Source: Polymyxa betae A26-41
Taxonomy: Eukaryota > Protista > Endomyxa: Phytomyxea
Assembly: GCA_003693705.1 (NCBI GenBank)
Contig: RBZT01000219.1
Coordinates: 57,697 to 121,696 of the forward strand
Direction of reading: 5' to 3'
DNA length: 64,000 nucleotides
The translations under genes and the position numbers were made by a program. Under the pieces are notes generated by a model. The model did no database searches and had not been told where the DNA came from. It saw nothing but the letters and a program-made list of their open reading frames with translations. This document shows, one piece after another, positions 49,376 to 64,000 of the stretch; within the stretch, counting starts at the first letter, position 1, and each line of letters begins with the position of its first letter.

Positions 49376-49472
49376 TAATGAAAGTTGATAACATTCTGGA
49401 AGAGTGGATGGAATTGCGCACTTGTTAATGGAACTCATGTGAGTTGACGTTACTGTACAGTACTGTAGTTGT

Positions 49473-51146
49473 ATGATGATAGATACTGATCAACTCATAT
49501 CATCATTAGCAGCATGTCAATCGACACAAGATCTGGATGCCATTCTCCTTGTTATCATGAATTTCGCTGATGATGTTATTAATGACATTGGTGTAGTATT
49601 TGTTGAGGGAATATCTCTGGTAGCTGATCTCAAATACGATAGGATGGGAATGTCTACCTGGATTATATCCATATCTGAACAGATCAAATAATGCTCAATC
49701 ATTATGGAATAGAATCTTACATTTATCTAACGCCAATGAGATTATTTTATCTCTAAATCAACTCTTACAAACAGATTTCACACTTCAAGCACCAAATATT
49801 CTATTCAATGCATACACCTGCACATTAAGTCGATTAATTCATACACCAAAGAGGCACGCTAGCATTCAGCGAGATCTGTTTGATAATATCAGATCCCTAC
49901 TACACGTAAATTCATCTCCACTATTGCTTCAAGAACATTCATAGTAATTTCTATCTCAGAATGAATGGAATAAGAATCCTGTTATAGTAACAGAACTGGA
50001 GCAATTTACAAAGCGGTATCTTGATGATCGATGTGGTATAGAGCTAGCATTAGATCTGCTATCATATAATCTCACTGATCTCAAACTGATTGCCCATATA
50101 TCTCACAAATTATCATTTCATGCTGCTGTTTTGATGGCATCATCAGCAACATCTGAATCCTGCCCAGGTCTATGCTTAGTTTTAATTCATCATTTACTGC
50201 ATAAAACAGATGATACTCAACAAATCGATATGGATATGCTCGGGTCTGTCTTACAGCTTCCCAGCTGCCGTTTAAACCTACCTATTTATTGATTTTCAGA
50301 TCCACATTCCTTAGGTTATGTTCTGTATTGTCACGAGCTCGACGAGACAATATTTTGTTTGAGTTTGTGAATGTTATATTGCCATTATTAGATGGATGGA
50401 GATGTGAAGATACAGAAAATGTCAAAGCTGTAATGGAGTTCCTCATACCAGCTACTGTATTAAACTCGTCCAAATCACGCCTACCATCAAAAGTCAGCTA
50501 AATCTATCTTTTATGATATCCTAATCTGAATTAAATATGTCTAGTTCCTATCAGTGATATGTTCCGATCAATGTCTTATTGACCTGGCTCTAAATATGAA
50601 CCGTTCTCATCCATATCTGGCTTCTGCATCTCTGCGTGTTCTTAAAGACAGATTATGCTCGGATTCCAGGTTAGTTTTTTAATGATATATTTTATATCTT
50701 TATCCCCTTTTCTTTGTCGTTTCAACCCAATTTGTGGGATTAGATCATTGGATTTGATTGCGAGCAGCTGGTTGCTTGTTGTGACTATACCAATGTATAT
50801 CAGGGATACCTTACTGTCGTCATGTGCATCTGTAATTAGAACGATATTATCTGAATATCGTCCAGATTTAAACGTACAATTCCCAGATTTCGATATGGAG
50901 CTATCATATTTGGATGTGATCTCCTGTTCATTGAATGTTGCTATTTATATGGTCATATCTCACAGAATCAATTTCGATGTCACATTGATTCGTTCCTGTA
51001 TGACTCAAATATCTCTCCTACTAAATTGTCTGGAGATTCATTACCAGATGATATCTGATTCAGATCGTCTGCATTCAGGTCGAATGCAGGTCCGATTGGT
51101 GGAATCAGTAGGCGAGCGTCTTCTTCAGATTCGGGACTCGAAATAA
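49473..51146 (+). CDS. Glomulin/ALF4/YBP-family-like helical protein, multi-exon
   Basis: Spliced N-term DVINDIGWECLPGL...LSNANEIILSL; C-term LDVISCSLNVAIYMVI and RLVESVGERL recall glomulin motifs. Confidence 0.55.
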
Positions 51147-51189
51147 ACATTCTGATATCTGTCAGTACTCGATCGGATATTCTACAAGG

Positions 51190-52359
51190 ATGACGTCGTC
51201 AAGATCAGCAATGTTAGAAGTTGATGGTCGGGTCTGGTTAGCTGAAGATCCACGTCTCATTCTTATTCATGTTGTTCTTGAGAACGCTATCGATAAACTC
51301 GATATCGTCCAACATTTAATCAGTGATGGAAAACGCAACGACCTTCATAATGATACGATTGGGGCTTTGTTAGAGCAACGTCAAGCTCTAGAACTTGAAT
51401 ATCAAAAGAGAATGTTATCTCGTAGTTCTATACAAGATTGGAATAGGAAAAAGATTGCAGAGGATGCTCAAGCCACCCAGTCTCTCATACAACGACTTCG
51501 ATTATTAGATCAGACCATGCAGAAACATGTCTATACTGAGCGACAGGCCGGTACGGCCGCCATTCAAACGATGAAACGGGAGAAGACTCGGGCCCTTAAT
51601 ATTATGCAAAAAGCGGTCAAAGACCTGGAAGATTCGGGTCGTTGCGAATCACTGGCTGCCGTACTGGCCGAAGATATGAGATATCAAAACCAGCTAGAGG
51701 AGGCTCTGACTTTGGTCAAGCAACTCGTTGATGGTAATACAAGTTTGAAACAACTGATTAAAGATGAAGCTGTACAGTTCCAAGAACTTCAGATCAGGAT
51801 GAATCAGATCGAGACGTTGAAGGTCGAGCTGGCACAGCTTCATGGACCCGTCGAAATTGATCAAAACATGGCTGAGATGGAAGCTCGAGCACTTATTAGA
51901 ACACAAAGCAGATTGGTACAGAAACAGCTTCATCATACAGCTGAGGTTGTAGATCGTGCCCAACTTGATCTCAAGACACAAACCAAGACACATGGATTTG
52001 CTGAGATTTATTTTAAGAGGAAGTTAGAGATGGCCGAGGCCCAACTATCAGAATGGGTAAGAAGAAGAAATGATGAAGAGACACAGACTGCCAAACGTTT
52101 GGAACAGATACGATTAGATCGTGAGGCCCAACTTGATGAGATTCAAACATTGAAGGATATTATTGATAAAGAAGAGGCTGCAAAAGATATGAGATTAGAA
52201 TTGGAGCGTAAACAGGCTGAATTACAAAGAATCAGACTGAATGCAGCCATTACCATACAGGCTCGAGTTAGGGGGTTCCTGGTCAGACATACAATCCAGA
52301 AACCGAAACCAAATAGTAAGAAATCCAAAAAAGGAGGTAAATCGAAAAAGAAAAAATGA
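51190..52359 (+). CDS. IQCG: Dynein regulatory complex subunit DRC9/IQCG
   Basis: Coiled coil; VKDLEDSGRCESL; H...EIYFKRK...LSEW; C-terminal IQ motif IQARVRGFLVR followed by a Lys-rich tail. Confidence 0.75.
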   Translation: MTSSRSAMLEVDGRVWLAEDPRLILIHVVLENAIDKLDIVQHLISDGKRNDLHNDTIGALLEQRQALELEYQKRMLSRSSIQDWNRKKIAEDAQATQSLIQRLRLLDQTMQKHVYTERQAGTAAIQTMKREKTRALNIMQKAVKDLEDSGRCESLAAVLAEDMRYQNQLEEALTLVKQLVDGNTSLKQLIKDEAVQFQELQIRMNQIETLKVELAQLHGPVEIDQNMAEMEARALIRTQSRLVQKQLHHTAEVVDRAQLDLKTQTKTHGFAEIYFKRKLEMAEAQLSEWVRRRNDEETQTAKRLEQIRLDREAQLDEIQTLKDIIDKEEAAKDMRLELERKQAELQRIRLNAAITIQARVRGFLVRHTIQKPKPNSKKSKKGGKSKKKK

Positions 52360-52406
52360 AGAGCAACTGGATTTTGTAATATAGATTCATTTTTATTCTC
52401 GTTGAG

Positions 52407-54050
52407 TTAAAAATACTCATACGATAATGTATAGTTAAGACGAGGTTGAGCAACCATCTTATGCTGATCATCAAATAACTCAAATCGGATTTTAGCATAA
52501 ACTTGTTGTAGATCAACACTTTCTAGATGACATGTCACATCCAATAATCGATCTTTCTTGTACGACATCATACTCATCACACTTGAACGGCCGATACCTA
52601 ATAGACCAATTCGACCAATAACTTCCCCTTTAAACATCACATTTAAAATATATCCATCGGATGTTGATCGCAGATCTGGAATGTTCATCAAAACATGTTG
52701 CCGCCGTGGTTCTGAACTCATTTGGTTCTTATTCCACGATGTTCCAAAACCGAATGCATTAGTTGTAGCAGTATTCATTGGTATCAAACCCATTGCCGAA
52801 TTACTAGACAATGATGAAGAAGTGGCCGGAACTGAACCAAATGTTCTAGCAGGCGATGATGTGGTAGGTAGTGCCTGTGATGCTTGTGAACCAATAATAG
52901 TATTCGATGTTATCGGTGAAGACCCTGGTGAAGTGGCCAACGTTCCACCAATGGAAATAACAGAAGATGAGGCTGTAGATAGTGCTTGTTCCTGTTGATT
53001 ATTGAATGTGTTCGACATCATTGGTGATCCTGGAGAAGCGGCAGATAACGCACCAATCGTCTTATCAGATGGTGAGGTAAGAGATTGGCCTGGTTGATTA
53101 ATACTGATATTTGACATTGTTAGTGACGATCCTGGGCTTGTAAGTGACATATTAGAAGAAGTCGATACCGGCTGTCCAGATACAGATCCATTCGGTAGAG
53201 AGGACGAAGAAGATGTGTTGGGAAGCTGAATGAGAGGTGGTACTGACGTATTACTGATAGTAGATGATGGTATCCATGCAGATATATCATTAGCGATCTG
53301 TTCACTGGATATAAGACCAACAGCAGTTCTGACATAATCATTAATAAGTGGTGATATCCATGTTGCGTTTCTAGATGGAGATGTCTGCCATAGAAACCAT
53401 ACACGATCAACATTCTTATGATGTGAATAGAAGAGGGGATCATATGATGCATAATCGATATCAGACATATCACCACCTATACATACATGAAGTAGATTAT
53501 GTGCATCTTCTAATGCAGATGAGAATGCTGGCAGATCAGATCTAGATAGAGCCAGATTTTGTCCCAATCTTAAATCTGTAGTTGGGAATTCTCCAGCTAA
53601 AGATCTATTTCTATGTGATGTATGAAACCGAACACCTATTTTTAATGGATTCGCCCATATACGTCCTTCTGAATCTGTATATGTCTCTTCAGTAAATGCC
53701 AATGGAATGGGATCTTGAGCCCAATCCCTAACATATCATTATTAGAACATTGTAGAGCAGTATATGATCATGTACCAGTATGGAATTGTGCAGTTCATGA
53801 TATTCTCCCATTGAGCTAGATGATGTCTATGCCATGGTAAAAACTGTAGATTCCCATGTGGACATAATCCTTGAGGTGCACCATGCTCACCTGCAATCTC
53901 CACATAGCTACCTGCTTCTAATCCATTACGAACACAATCACGATACTGATTCAGTTCAGTTAAAGACAGACTATTGATATTCTGTGATATCGGCAGAGAC
54001 CAGCAGATGTTAACATAGAACAATATAAAGACCGATGATAGCAGCTGCAT
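52407..54050 (-). CDS. Secreted tyrosinase (type-3 copper protein) with S/T/P linker and C-terminal beta domain (1 intron)
   Basis: Signal peptide; CuA EHG...CPHGNLQFLPWHR; IPYWDW; CuB LEDAHNLLH...DPLFYSHHKNVDRVW. Confidence 0.92.
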
Positions 54051-54157
54051 CTTAAAAGAGATTCCTTATGGAATTTAGCGACAAAATAGGAATGAGCTGA
54101 TTCATTGCATAAACAGGTACAAAGTTGATGTTGAGTCATCGACAGACAACATTTACT

Positions 54158-55555
54158 TTAATCTGAACTGATATTGTTCTCTGTTCTTCTTCTTTTAGTC
54201 AAATTCTTCTTTAAAATAAACTCATCCTCCTTCTCACCCCTGTCTTTAATGACGTCCGAATTCGTTGTTAAACTATCCAGAAATGAATTCGATCGAGACG
54301 ACGCGTCTAAGTGCTTCTTTAGACGACGATCTTCTCGCTCTTGTTCCATTTTCTCTTTATGCTGCTTAGCTCTATAATTCATATTCAAATCAGTAGATCT
54401 CTCTTGTGTCTCATGCAGCAAAATTTGTTGATATCGAACAGACTCATAAAAACTGAAAAATTGCTGCATTGGACTGGAAAAACCAAACTACCTAATACTT
54501 ACATGATACTAGTTGGATCTCGTATGCAATTTTTACATTGATCACGTTTATGTTTAAGTCTTGCCCATATCTCTGTATCATTAGGTATAGATCTTGATAG
54601 AATATTCTCTATCATCTCATCAATGTCTTTCATAACTTCCAATAATTTCACATAATCAGCATGTGACGAGAACGTCCTAGTGAACCTACACCAAGCAGGT
54701 TAGCAGAACTTCATCTCGAGGGCCAATCAGCGTGCTGACCATTCACTGAATGATTTCAATCGAAGAACTTTAGCGGATCTTTGAACACAGACTAACGCGA
54801 TCTGTGATGGTGTATAGAGAAATATGGCATCTGTATAGATGGCATGCATGGCCTGGGTCTCAGCCTGGACCAGTACGGCCCGGGTCTCAGATTTAGTTAG
54901 ATTAGGAAGTTCATTAATAAATCCATGCATAGCTCGGAATGGAATGTGAACTTTTAGATGGAAATCTATACCTTCTAATAGAATCTGTTCAAATTCTAAC
55001 AATATCTGTAATAATGAGATAAGTTGGATCTTAAATCTAGAAAACATATCAAACCTCAATAGAAACTTGTGTAGATCGAGCTAAATCTCCAACACGTATA
55101 TGAGCTTCTTCTGATTTGGTGGCTAATAATAATGAACTGATAGATATTAAACGGGGATCTTCATCCATCACTGTTCTGTTGAGATAAAATCTCTTAAAGT
55201 ATACCATAGCTGTGCCCTAAGCAATTAATAAATCATTTATACAATAGAAAGAAATAATAAACAAACCTGGACAGAAATGGGAAGAGAGAATGCAGCTGCA
55301 AAATCTGATATTCGTCTCTGATAATAATATAGAAGTAAATCTTGTTCAGTACGTGATAGATATCCATCAACGGGTTCTTCTTCATTATGTAGAGCACGTT
55401 CTTTATCATATTGCAGACGAGCATCGAGTCTCTTTCTAATCAAAATTATTATACTCATAGGATATTATATCACATGGATGTATCTCTTACTGAGCCAGCT
55501 CAGATCTAGTGAACATCCAATGACGTCGTTGTGTTGAGTCTGAGAATATCGGCAT
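54158..55555 (-). CDS. CCNH: Cyclin H (CDK7/TFIIH kinase module)
   Basis: FSDSTQRRHWMF, TAMVYFKRFYL, LLATKSEE, EQILLEGIDFHLKVHIPFRAM, TDAIFLYTPSQIAL. Confidence 0.9.
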
Positions 55556-56058
55556 TTGTGTCAGATCTATATCTCCAATCTGATATGCAAATAACTGGAT
55601 CAAACATGAAAACAAGATGTCCGTCCGTGTCCAGAGCACCATATTAACAAACAGCATGATAGACAAGAACAATCCGGTTCTAAAAGAGCAACTGATAAAT
55701 TCTTCAACATGCTTGTACAGAGCATGAAGACAAAATGAAATTGAATTCGATTCGACAACTACAGTGCTTTATTGTGATTTAATAAATGGTGATTAGACAG
55801 AGGAAACCACCTGGGTTAGTAGATGTTGTCATAATTTTGTTATTCTTTTAAATTTTTTTAGTACATTAGATTTTTTCGGAAGAGAACTGGTGATATATTT
55901 ATTTGCATATGACTGACGTATATTGACAATATAAGTTGTTATTGTATAAAGGAAAAAAACGGAAATCTCGGAATTGAGTGAATTTATGGCTGACTGGAGG
56001 TTACTGTAGTGGTTTTGTATATAGTGAAGTGTTTATACAGGTAACGTTGTATATAGTA

Positions 56059-58735
56059 ATGAGGTTTTGTAATAGGAGATATATAATCTCTACTATATCT
56101 ATAGCTGCTACTGCTGCATATACTTCATTAACATATGCAGATCAAGATCCATATCTATATTCTAGACCAATACCAACTAGGGCACAGCTCTCCAATCTAA
56201 TCCCAAATACACAATATGATATACTCGTGATAGGAGGCGGGTCTGTTTCATATTCTCTACATACCATTAGTTCTAATCTGCATTATCTAGTGCAACTGGA
56301 TGTGGAATTGCATTAGATGCAGCTAGCCGTGGATTAAAGACATGCCTAGTTGAAAGGGATGATTTCGCTTCTGGTACCAGTTCACGAAGCTCTAAACTAA
56401 TTCATGGTGGTGTTCGATATTTAGAAGCTGCATTTCGTAATATGGATATATCTCAGCTAGCTCTAGTATCAGATGCGTATGTAATTCGATAATTTATTAT
56501 CGTATGAAAGATATATTGTATGTGAATATAGATTACGAGAAAGGAAGCATATGTTAGCATCTGCACCACATCTAGCTCATGCATTACCAATTATCGTACC
56601 TAATTATGATCCTTTTCCTAAAGTCCTCTTTACAGCTCCATATTATTGGATTGGTGTCCTAATCCGCCCATTTTCTGATCCTATTTCTTACCAAATATCT
56701 AGGCCTTAAATTCTACGATCTAGTTGCCGGATGGAATGGGATTTTAAAATCCAGCTATTTCATGACCAAAACATCGGCACTAAACACGTTTCCGATGTTA
56801 GCTGAACAAGATTTAAAATGTGCTGTTGTTTATTACGATGGTCTCATATCTTAAAATGGCACCTCAAATCGTTCAATTGAAATGTTAATTTGATAGGATT
56901 ACAAGATGACGCCCGAATGAATATAGCATTGGCATTAACTGCTGTTCATCATGGAGCTCATTTGCTTAATTATGTCTGTGTCGATGAATTTATCAAAAAT
57001 GAGGAAGGCGTGTTAATGGGTGCTCACCTTCGAGATACATTGACTGATGAAAGATTCTTTGTTCGTGCTAAAGTATTTAAGTCATTTATGCCGATCGGCT
57101 GCATTTCAAAAATCATTTTCAGATAATAATCAATGCCACTGGGCCATATTCAGATCAAATTCGAAAACTTGATGATCAGACGTTGTCTGATATGATCTCT
57201 CCAAGGTTTGCTCTATCGGAATTCATTCATTTTACATTTATACTGATACTTTAGCATTGGTGTTCATATCACATTACCTGGAAATTGTTCCCCTGAGAAT
57301 ATGGGATTATTGATACCGAACACTTCTGATGGTCGTGTGCTATTTCTACTACCATGGCAGGGGTCAACAATTGCAGGTACAACTGACTCTTCATGCAATA
57401 TTTCCGATCTTCCAATTGCTTCTGATAACGGTACAACTTCTTAATTTATTGCAATTCAAATTGTTACCCAGCAGTTATCAGATATTAATTGGATACTCAA
57501 CGAAGTCTCGACTGTTCTCCAAGAGCCTGTTACTACTAAAGATGTTCAATCAGTATGGGCAGGTCCAGTCCATATAGTGTTGATCACGGCGACCTGCTTA
57601 CCTTGATATCTTTATAGGTATTCGTCCTCTTGCTCGTCCAGTCAATAACGATCCGAAGACAACCAAGTCCATTTTGAGAGATCACATAATTGATGTAAAT
57701 CCTCGCTCTAACCTGATTACCGTTGCTGGAGGTAAATGGACTACCTATAGGTAAAGTCGCAGCCAGCTTCATTTTGCGGTTTCAAATGAAGTCCAGATCA
57801 ATGGCTGAAGATGCCGTTACTACTGCCCTGTCTTTGGAACCATCACTAAATCCAAGTCGTGATTGCAGAACTGTAGGATTAAAGTTAGTTGGAGGACAGA
57901 ACTGGAATGAACATGTCACTTCTCACATCAAATCCATGGGTATAATTCGTGTGTCCAAATGCACAGTAAACATTGATGGGTTTCTCTAGGCTTTGCTGAT
58001 GACATCGCTGAGCATCTCTCACACTCGTATGGTGACAAAAGTTTCGATGTTATCAAGATCTGCTTTCACGTTGTAAATATTTTCTCAATGTTCGCAACGC
58101 TGATGAAAGTTTGCAGGAAAATTTAGATTTAAATCATCGCCTGGTACCTAGATTTCCTTATCTGCGCGGTGAAGTCGTCTATTCGGTTCGCAATGAATAT
58201 GCACAAACAGTTGTTGATTTCTTAGCTCGTCGCTCTCGTTTAGCGTAAATATGCGTTGCTGTTGCTTGTTTCTACTATCTGAATAACCGATAATAGATTC
58301 TTGGAATCGTCAATTGCAAGAAAGTCCATCAATCAAGTGATCGAGCTCATGGCCGGAGAACTTAACTGGGACCATTGCCGTCAAATTGCTGAATTCAAAC
58401 GGGCGGACAAATTTCTTGCCACAATGGGATCAAAGTTTACAGAAGAAAGTTGTAATCAGCACTTGCTGGATGCTTTCTTCCGCGTAGATTTGCAAAAATC
58501 AGGACTTATTCCTGCAAGGCACATTCATTCTGTTGTATATTCTTGTAAATTATTCGGTAAACTGTGAGCATGATCATACTGTTTGTACTAAATGGGTGTT
58601 ACAGAGGATTTTGAACCCCAGCAATGTGCAAGACTTATACAATTGCTGGAAGCAGGGGCCGAATCCGATCAAATCGTTTTATCAGTATTTGCATTCACTG
58701 TTTCATTGTTCGTTAAGCATGAATCTCAAACATAA
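56059..58735 (+). CDS. GPD2: Mitochondrial FAD glycerol-3-phosphate dehydrogenase with degenerate C-terminal EF-hand
   Basis: [82 protein letters not shown]. Confidence 0.95.
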
Positions 58736-58815
58736 AAGGCACCATTGCTGAAAACTGAAACGTTGGAACTGTCATTTTAATGAATATAGGAACATTGCTT
58801 TGTAGAAGAAGAGCT

Positions 58816-60751
<1,936 letters not shown>

Positions 60752-61115
60752 GGTGATAATGTGGTTATACTGTAGTGCAAATAGATGGGCGAGTCCAAAG
60801 CCTGTCTGTACTTGTGACTATCAGCAGGTAAAGTCTGCTGATGGTGGATGTCAGAAGGTTTAACAGAAGTGATAATCTGGTAAGGAAGAAGGAGCCTGGC
60901 TGAGACCACCTAGTAGGAGGAGGTAGCGCATTTATGTCAACTCAAATTATACATGAGTTGTGTGTTATCTCTCTCCATCACTCGTTATAATAATCTCATG
61001 GTTGTTGTATTAAAAACTCACTGTCTAATGCCCAAAGAATAGCAGGTAATAGAACCCGATACGAATGATAAACACCTAAATTATGGTCAACTGGTAATTT
61101 TGTAATACAGCATCA

Positions 61116-61716
61116 CTAACCGAACCCATTTCGAAAGCGAATCATCTCTCTGGGATTCAAAACAGGCATTCTTAGTTCAATACTATCTGGATGCTGCCAG
61201 TTGAGAGTATCAGCTAATGAATTAGATATCATAGCCCATTTATGCCATAAAGTTTCATCCATTAAAAATACATGCAATGCCAAAGATGTATACACAGATC
61301 GATGATATTTCTGTAACCGACAATGTTGTGTCCATTCCTGAACTTTATCAGCTGGAATCTTCATATTAACCTTCTTTGTAGAGGATTTCCTCCATTTTTT
61401 CTGAAGTTTTTCTAAGACCTCATCTGTCCATTGATGATGGGCGCTAATGTCATCCTCTGATGAAATGGCAGTATCATCTTCAGTACTATCGTCAGTAAAG
61501 CATGGGTCATCCAGAGAGAAGAATTTCGATGGATGCTCAATATTAGCTGGCCAATCAGAATAGATATTCATCCTGAAGAGCATGATGAGCAAAATTTGAC
61601 GTGAAGTTGGTAATCAGTGAAATATACAATGCATTTGGATCTATCTGCATATGTGGCCATCTAGCTGCAGATATTTTATCGTGTGAAGGATGATGATAGA
61701 GATTCTGATATGACAT
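61116..61716 (-). CDS. Uncharacterised protein (probable 1 intron)
   Basis: 158-aa ORF plus a plausible upstream exon MSYQNLYHH... joined by a GT-AG intron. Confidence 0.45.
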
Positions 61717-61827
61717 GATGATGATAATTAGTATTTATTAGACGGTGTCCGTCCGATGTGATTAATTCTATAATTTGTGTAGTGTGGTATTATATAGTAA
61801 TCAATAGTGAAGGGAGTTGATAGTAGT

Positions 61828-63134
61828 ATGTCATGGTTATATGATGATCAAGATCTTGTCCAACCACCACTACCAACATCCACTACTACACATTCTAATA
61901 CTCGTCCAGCTCACGACTTTGAACTCTTCCATGAACAAGTCGCTCCTATTGATGTTGATCAGACAGATCTGCAACCTGTCGCTGCAGATCAGGGTATAAA
62001 ATATGTACGTGTTAGGTTAGTAGCATTGTATCTCTTATTGCTTTTGATCTAAGTGTGAGCTTCATCCAGAAACCTGCAATGGTGGACAAATGAGAATACA
62101 CTTCGTGATATATTATCAGAATGTGGAGTTATCAAGTCTATTGAATTCGAGGCCTCTATGAAGAATGGCAAATCTTTGGGTATTGCTAACATCGAATTTG
62201 AGACATCAGATGCAGCACTTCGTGCTATTGATCTGATTGATAATCATGACGTTGATGGGAAGCCAGTCAATGCCAGTCTGTTAGTTGTTGAAGATGTTAA
62301 AGTACATAATGTTTCTCAATCACAACGTCAACATCAACCACAAAATAATCAACAAGCTCGAAAACAAATATCACATAAGCATCCTGTAAAGTCACCATCT
62401 CGAACAGTTACGTCTGTGCAAGAGCCACCTCCCGATATTCCGAGGTACTCCTTCAGTTTATTTTTCTACTTCTCTTCGGATTCTTAAAGTTAACTGTTTG
62501 TTTGTAAAGGCAACAGAAGATACCAAGTCGAGAAACTAGTATGGGAAGAACAGGGAAATCTGGTGACAATCGTCAAGATGTTAGTGACAGGGCCGGTATG
62601 CGAGATATAAATCGAGGTCAATATGGTCGTTCACATTCATACTCATCACAAGATCATAAAGATCGAGATCATACTCGACCTGTATCATCATCACGTCATG
62701 AACATCAAAGTCACAGACGTGAATCTCACACAAGAAGAGATAAAGATCGGGTTCATCCCGCAGAAACCGCTCGAACATCTCGTTCAGGATCTAATCGGGA
62801 CTCTTCTGAGATAGATCCACATCATGCAAAGGATGCGGAATGTTCTCGCCGATCCTCATATCCAGATGACAGATATTCTGCTCATTCCAGACGTGCCGAA
62901 TCTGACCGAGGTTCTCGTGATTCCAGGCCCGATTATGATGGATCTCATCTTAGATCACATCGTAGTTATGAAGACGATCGTGCATCAAAGCGGACCCTTG
63001 AGTACAGTAAAGATCATGGATCCGGTTATGATCGACATCGTGATAGACATCATGATCGCACTGAGCTCCATGACCGAATTCGACATCTGCATCATAACGA
63101 CGCCGATAATCGACATAAAAAGAAGCGACGATGA
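61828..63134 (+). CDS. CFIm large subunit CPSF6/CPSF7-like (RRM + R/D/S/H-rich tail)
   Basis: Spliced RRM NLQWWTNENTL...IKSIEFEASMKNGKSLGIANIEF matches the CFIm68/59 WWT and NGxSxG motifs; RD/RS-rich C-terminus. Confidence 0.75.
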
Positions 63135-63981
63135 TTATTGTTGTTTATAGACGAATTTATTAACAGGCATATTTAGCGTTCTCCTTATCAACAGGTTTAG
63201 AACTGGGACGCCAGTCATGGCCTGTGTTGAATGTGACAGCACCGCCTGTTAGTTTTATTCACAATAGACTAGACGATTTCAGTTGATTCCATTCATAGGT
63301 TTTAATAGCTACCAATCTAATGATTTGACTTTTAATTAGGAGGAGTCAACTCTACAGGCTCGTCTTGAGTCAATCATTCATGATTTTGTTTGTACTGACA
63401 ATAAAAGACACTTTCGATTCTGGTTCTAACTTAGAACATCTTTAGTTTATCTCAAGCATCTTAGTTTAGTTTCAGTCAGCGTTTTCTACAAGTTCTGCTC
63501 AACTTCAGATTCTAATTCTTTTATGATCAAATATTGAAGAAGATTACATGTAAGGCAGAGAGCAAAAACGCAACCGTGAAGACGTACAAAGAAGCCAGCA
63601 TACGGATGAAGCAATTTATCGCTTCGAAATTGGAAGTAGAAGCACTGATGGATATTACGGCAGCGATGCGCCAACGACAACAGCGCCGCCTGTTCACCAA
63701 AATCAACGAACTAGAAAAATTCAATGCAAATCCATCCAAAGATGCCAGGATATTCATTGAGTCAGTTCCGCTTGTGATTCTTCAATCTATCCTCCTCGGC
63801 CCTCGCATATCCTTGTACACGATGGGTATGTGCAGGTGTATGGTAATATTAGTGTTGTGGCACTGGTGAGCATTTCAATTGTTGACTGTAAGATTGCGAC
63901 TGCGCGGTAACCAACTTTTCACTGGAGGCTACGGTAATTTTCGCGATGGTAACATAAAATTATAAATAGATAGGATATTTA

Positions 63982-64000
63982 GAGCATCTCCACCGCGGGT
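63982..64000 (+). mobile_element. Possible left end of a Harbinger/Tourist-type element, truncated by the window edge
   Basis: TTA immediately followed by GAGCATCTCCA, a typical Tourist/Harbinger TIR start; partner end not visible. Confidence 0.4.

Noticed and set aside
63534-63869. 111-aa ORF as a gene or transposon fragment
   Set aside because: Non-ATG start, no recognisable motif and no clear exon structure

Overview
Gene-dense eukaryotic genomic DNA with about 38 protein-coding genes, many short (about 45-60 nt) GT-AG introns and intergenic gaps as small as 15-50 bp. The mix of a membrane H+-pyrophosphatase, flagellar genes (DRC9/IQCG, a CFAP119/C1a-32-like gene), candidate secreted proteins and TTTTAGGG-like motifs suggests a compact-genome zoosporic protist, plausibly a plasmodiophorid (inference only). 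Housekeeping genes include GOS1, guanylate kinase, PTPA, a nucleotide-sugar transporter, a TALE homeobox, monoglyceride lipase, H+-PPase, RPL5/RPL14/RPL18, class I HDAC, CASP/COY1, an EEP nuclease, NFS1, DRS1/DDX27, Nup54, an RTN4IP1-like reductase, a CTL/SLC44 transporter, a glomulin-like gene, cyclin H, GPD2, coronin and CFIm68. There is also one tRNA-Pro(CGG). Highlights: (1) a spliced MORN-repeat + SAM + PARP-fold (TASOR/TEX15-like motif) gene, a tankyrase-like architecture with MORN repeats replacing ankyrins, visible only after reading a GC-AG intron and an 18-nt micro-exon; (2) a shared palindromic ACGGA-N-TCCGT element about 40-75 nt upstream of all three ribosomal-protein genes and the ribosome-biogenesis helicase; (3) a 229-bp Harbinger/Tourist-type MITE with three internal palindromes; (4) a secreted hemocyanin-like tyrosinase; (5) a three-exon STMP1 micropeptide missed by the ORF track. 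Gene boundaries were spliced by eye and are approximate where stated.
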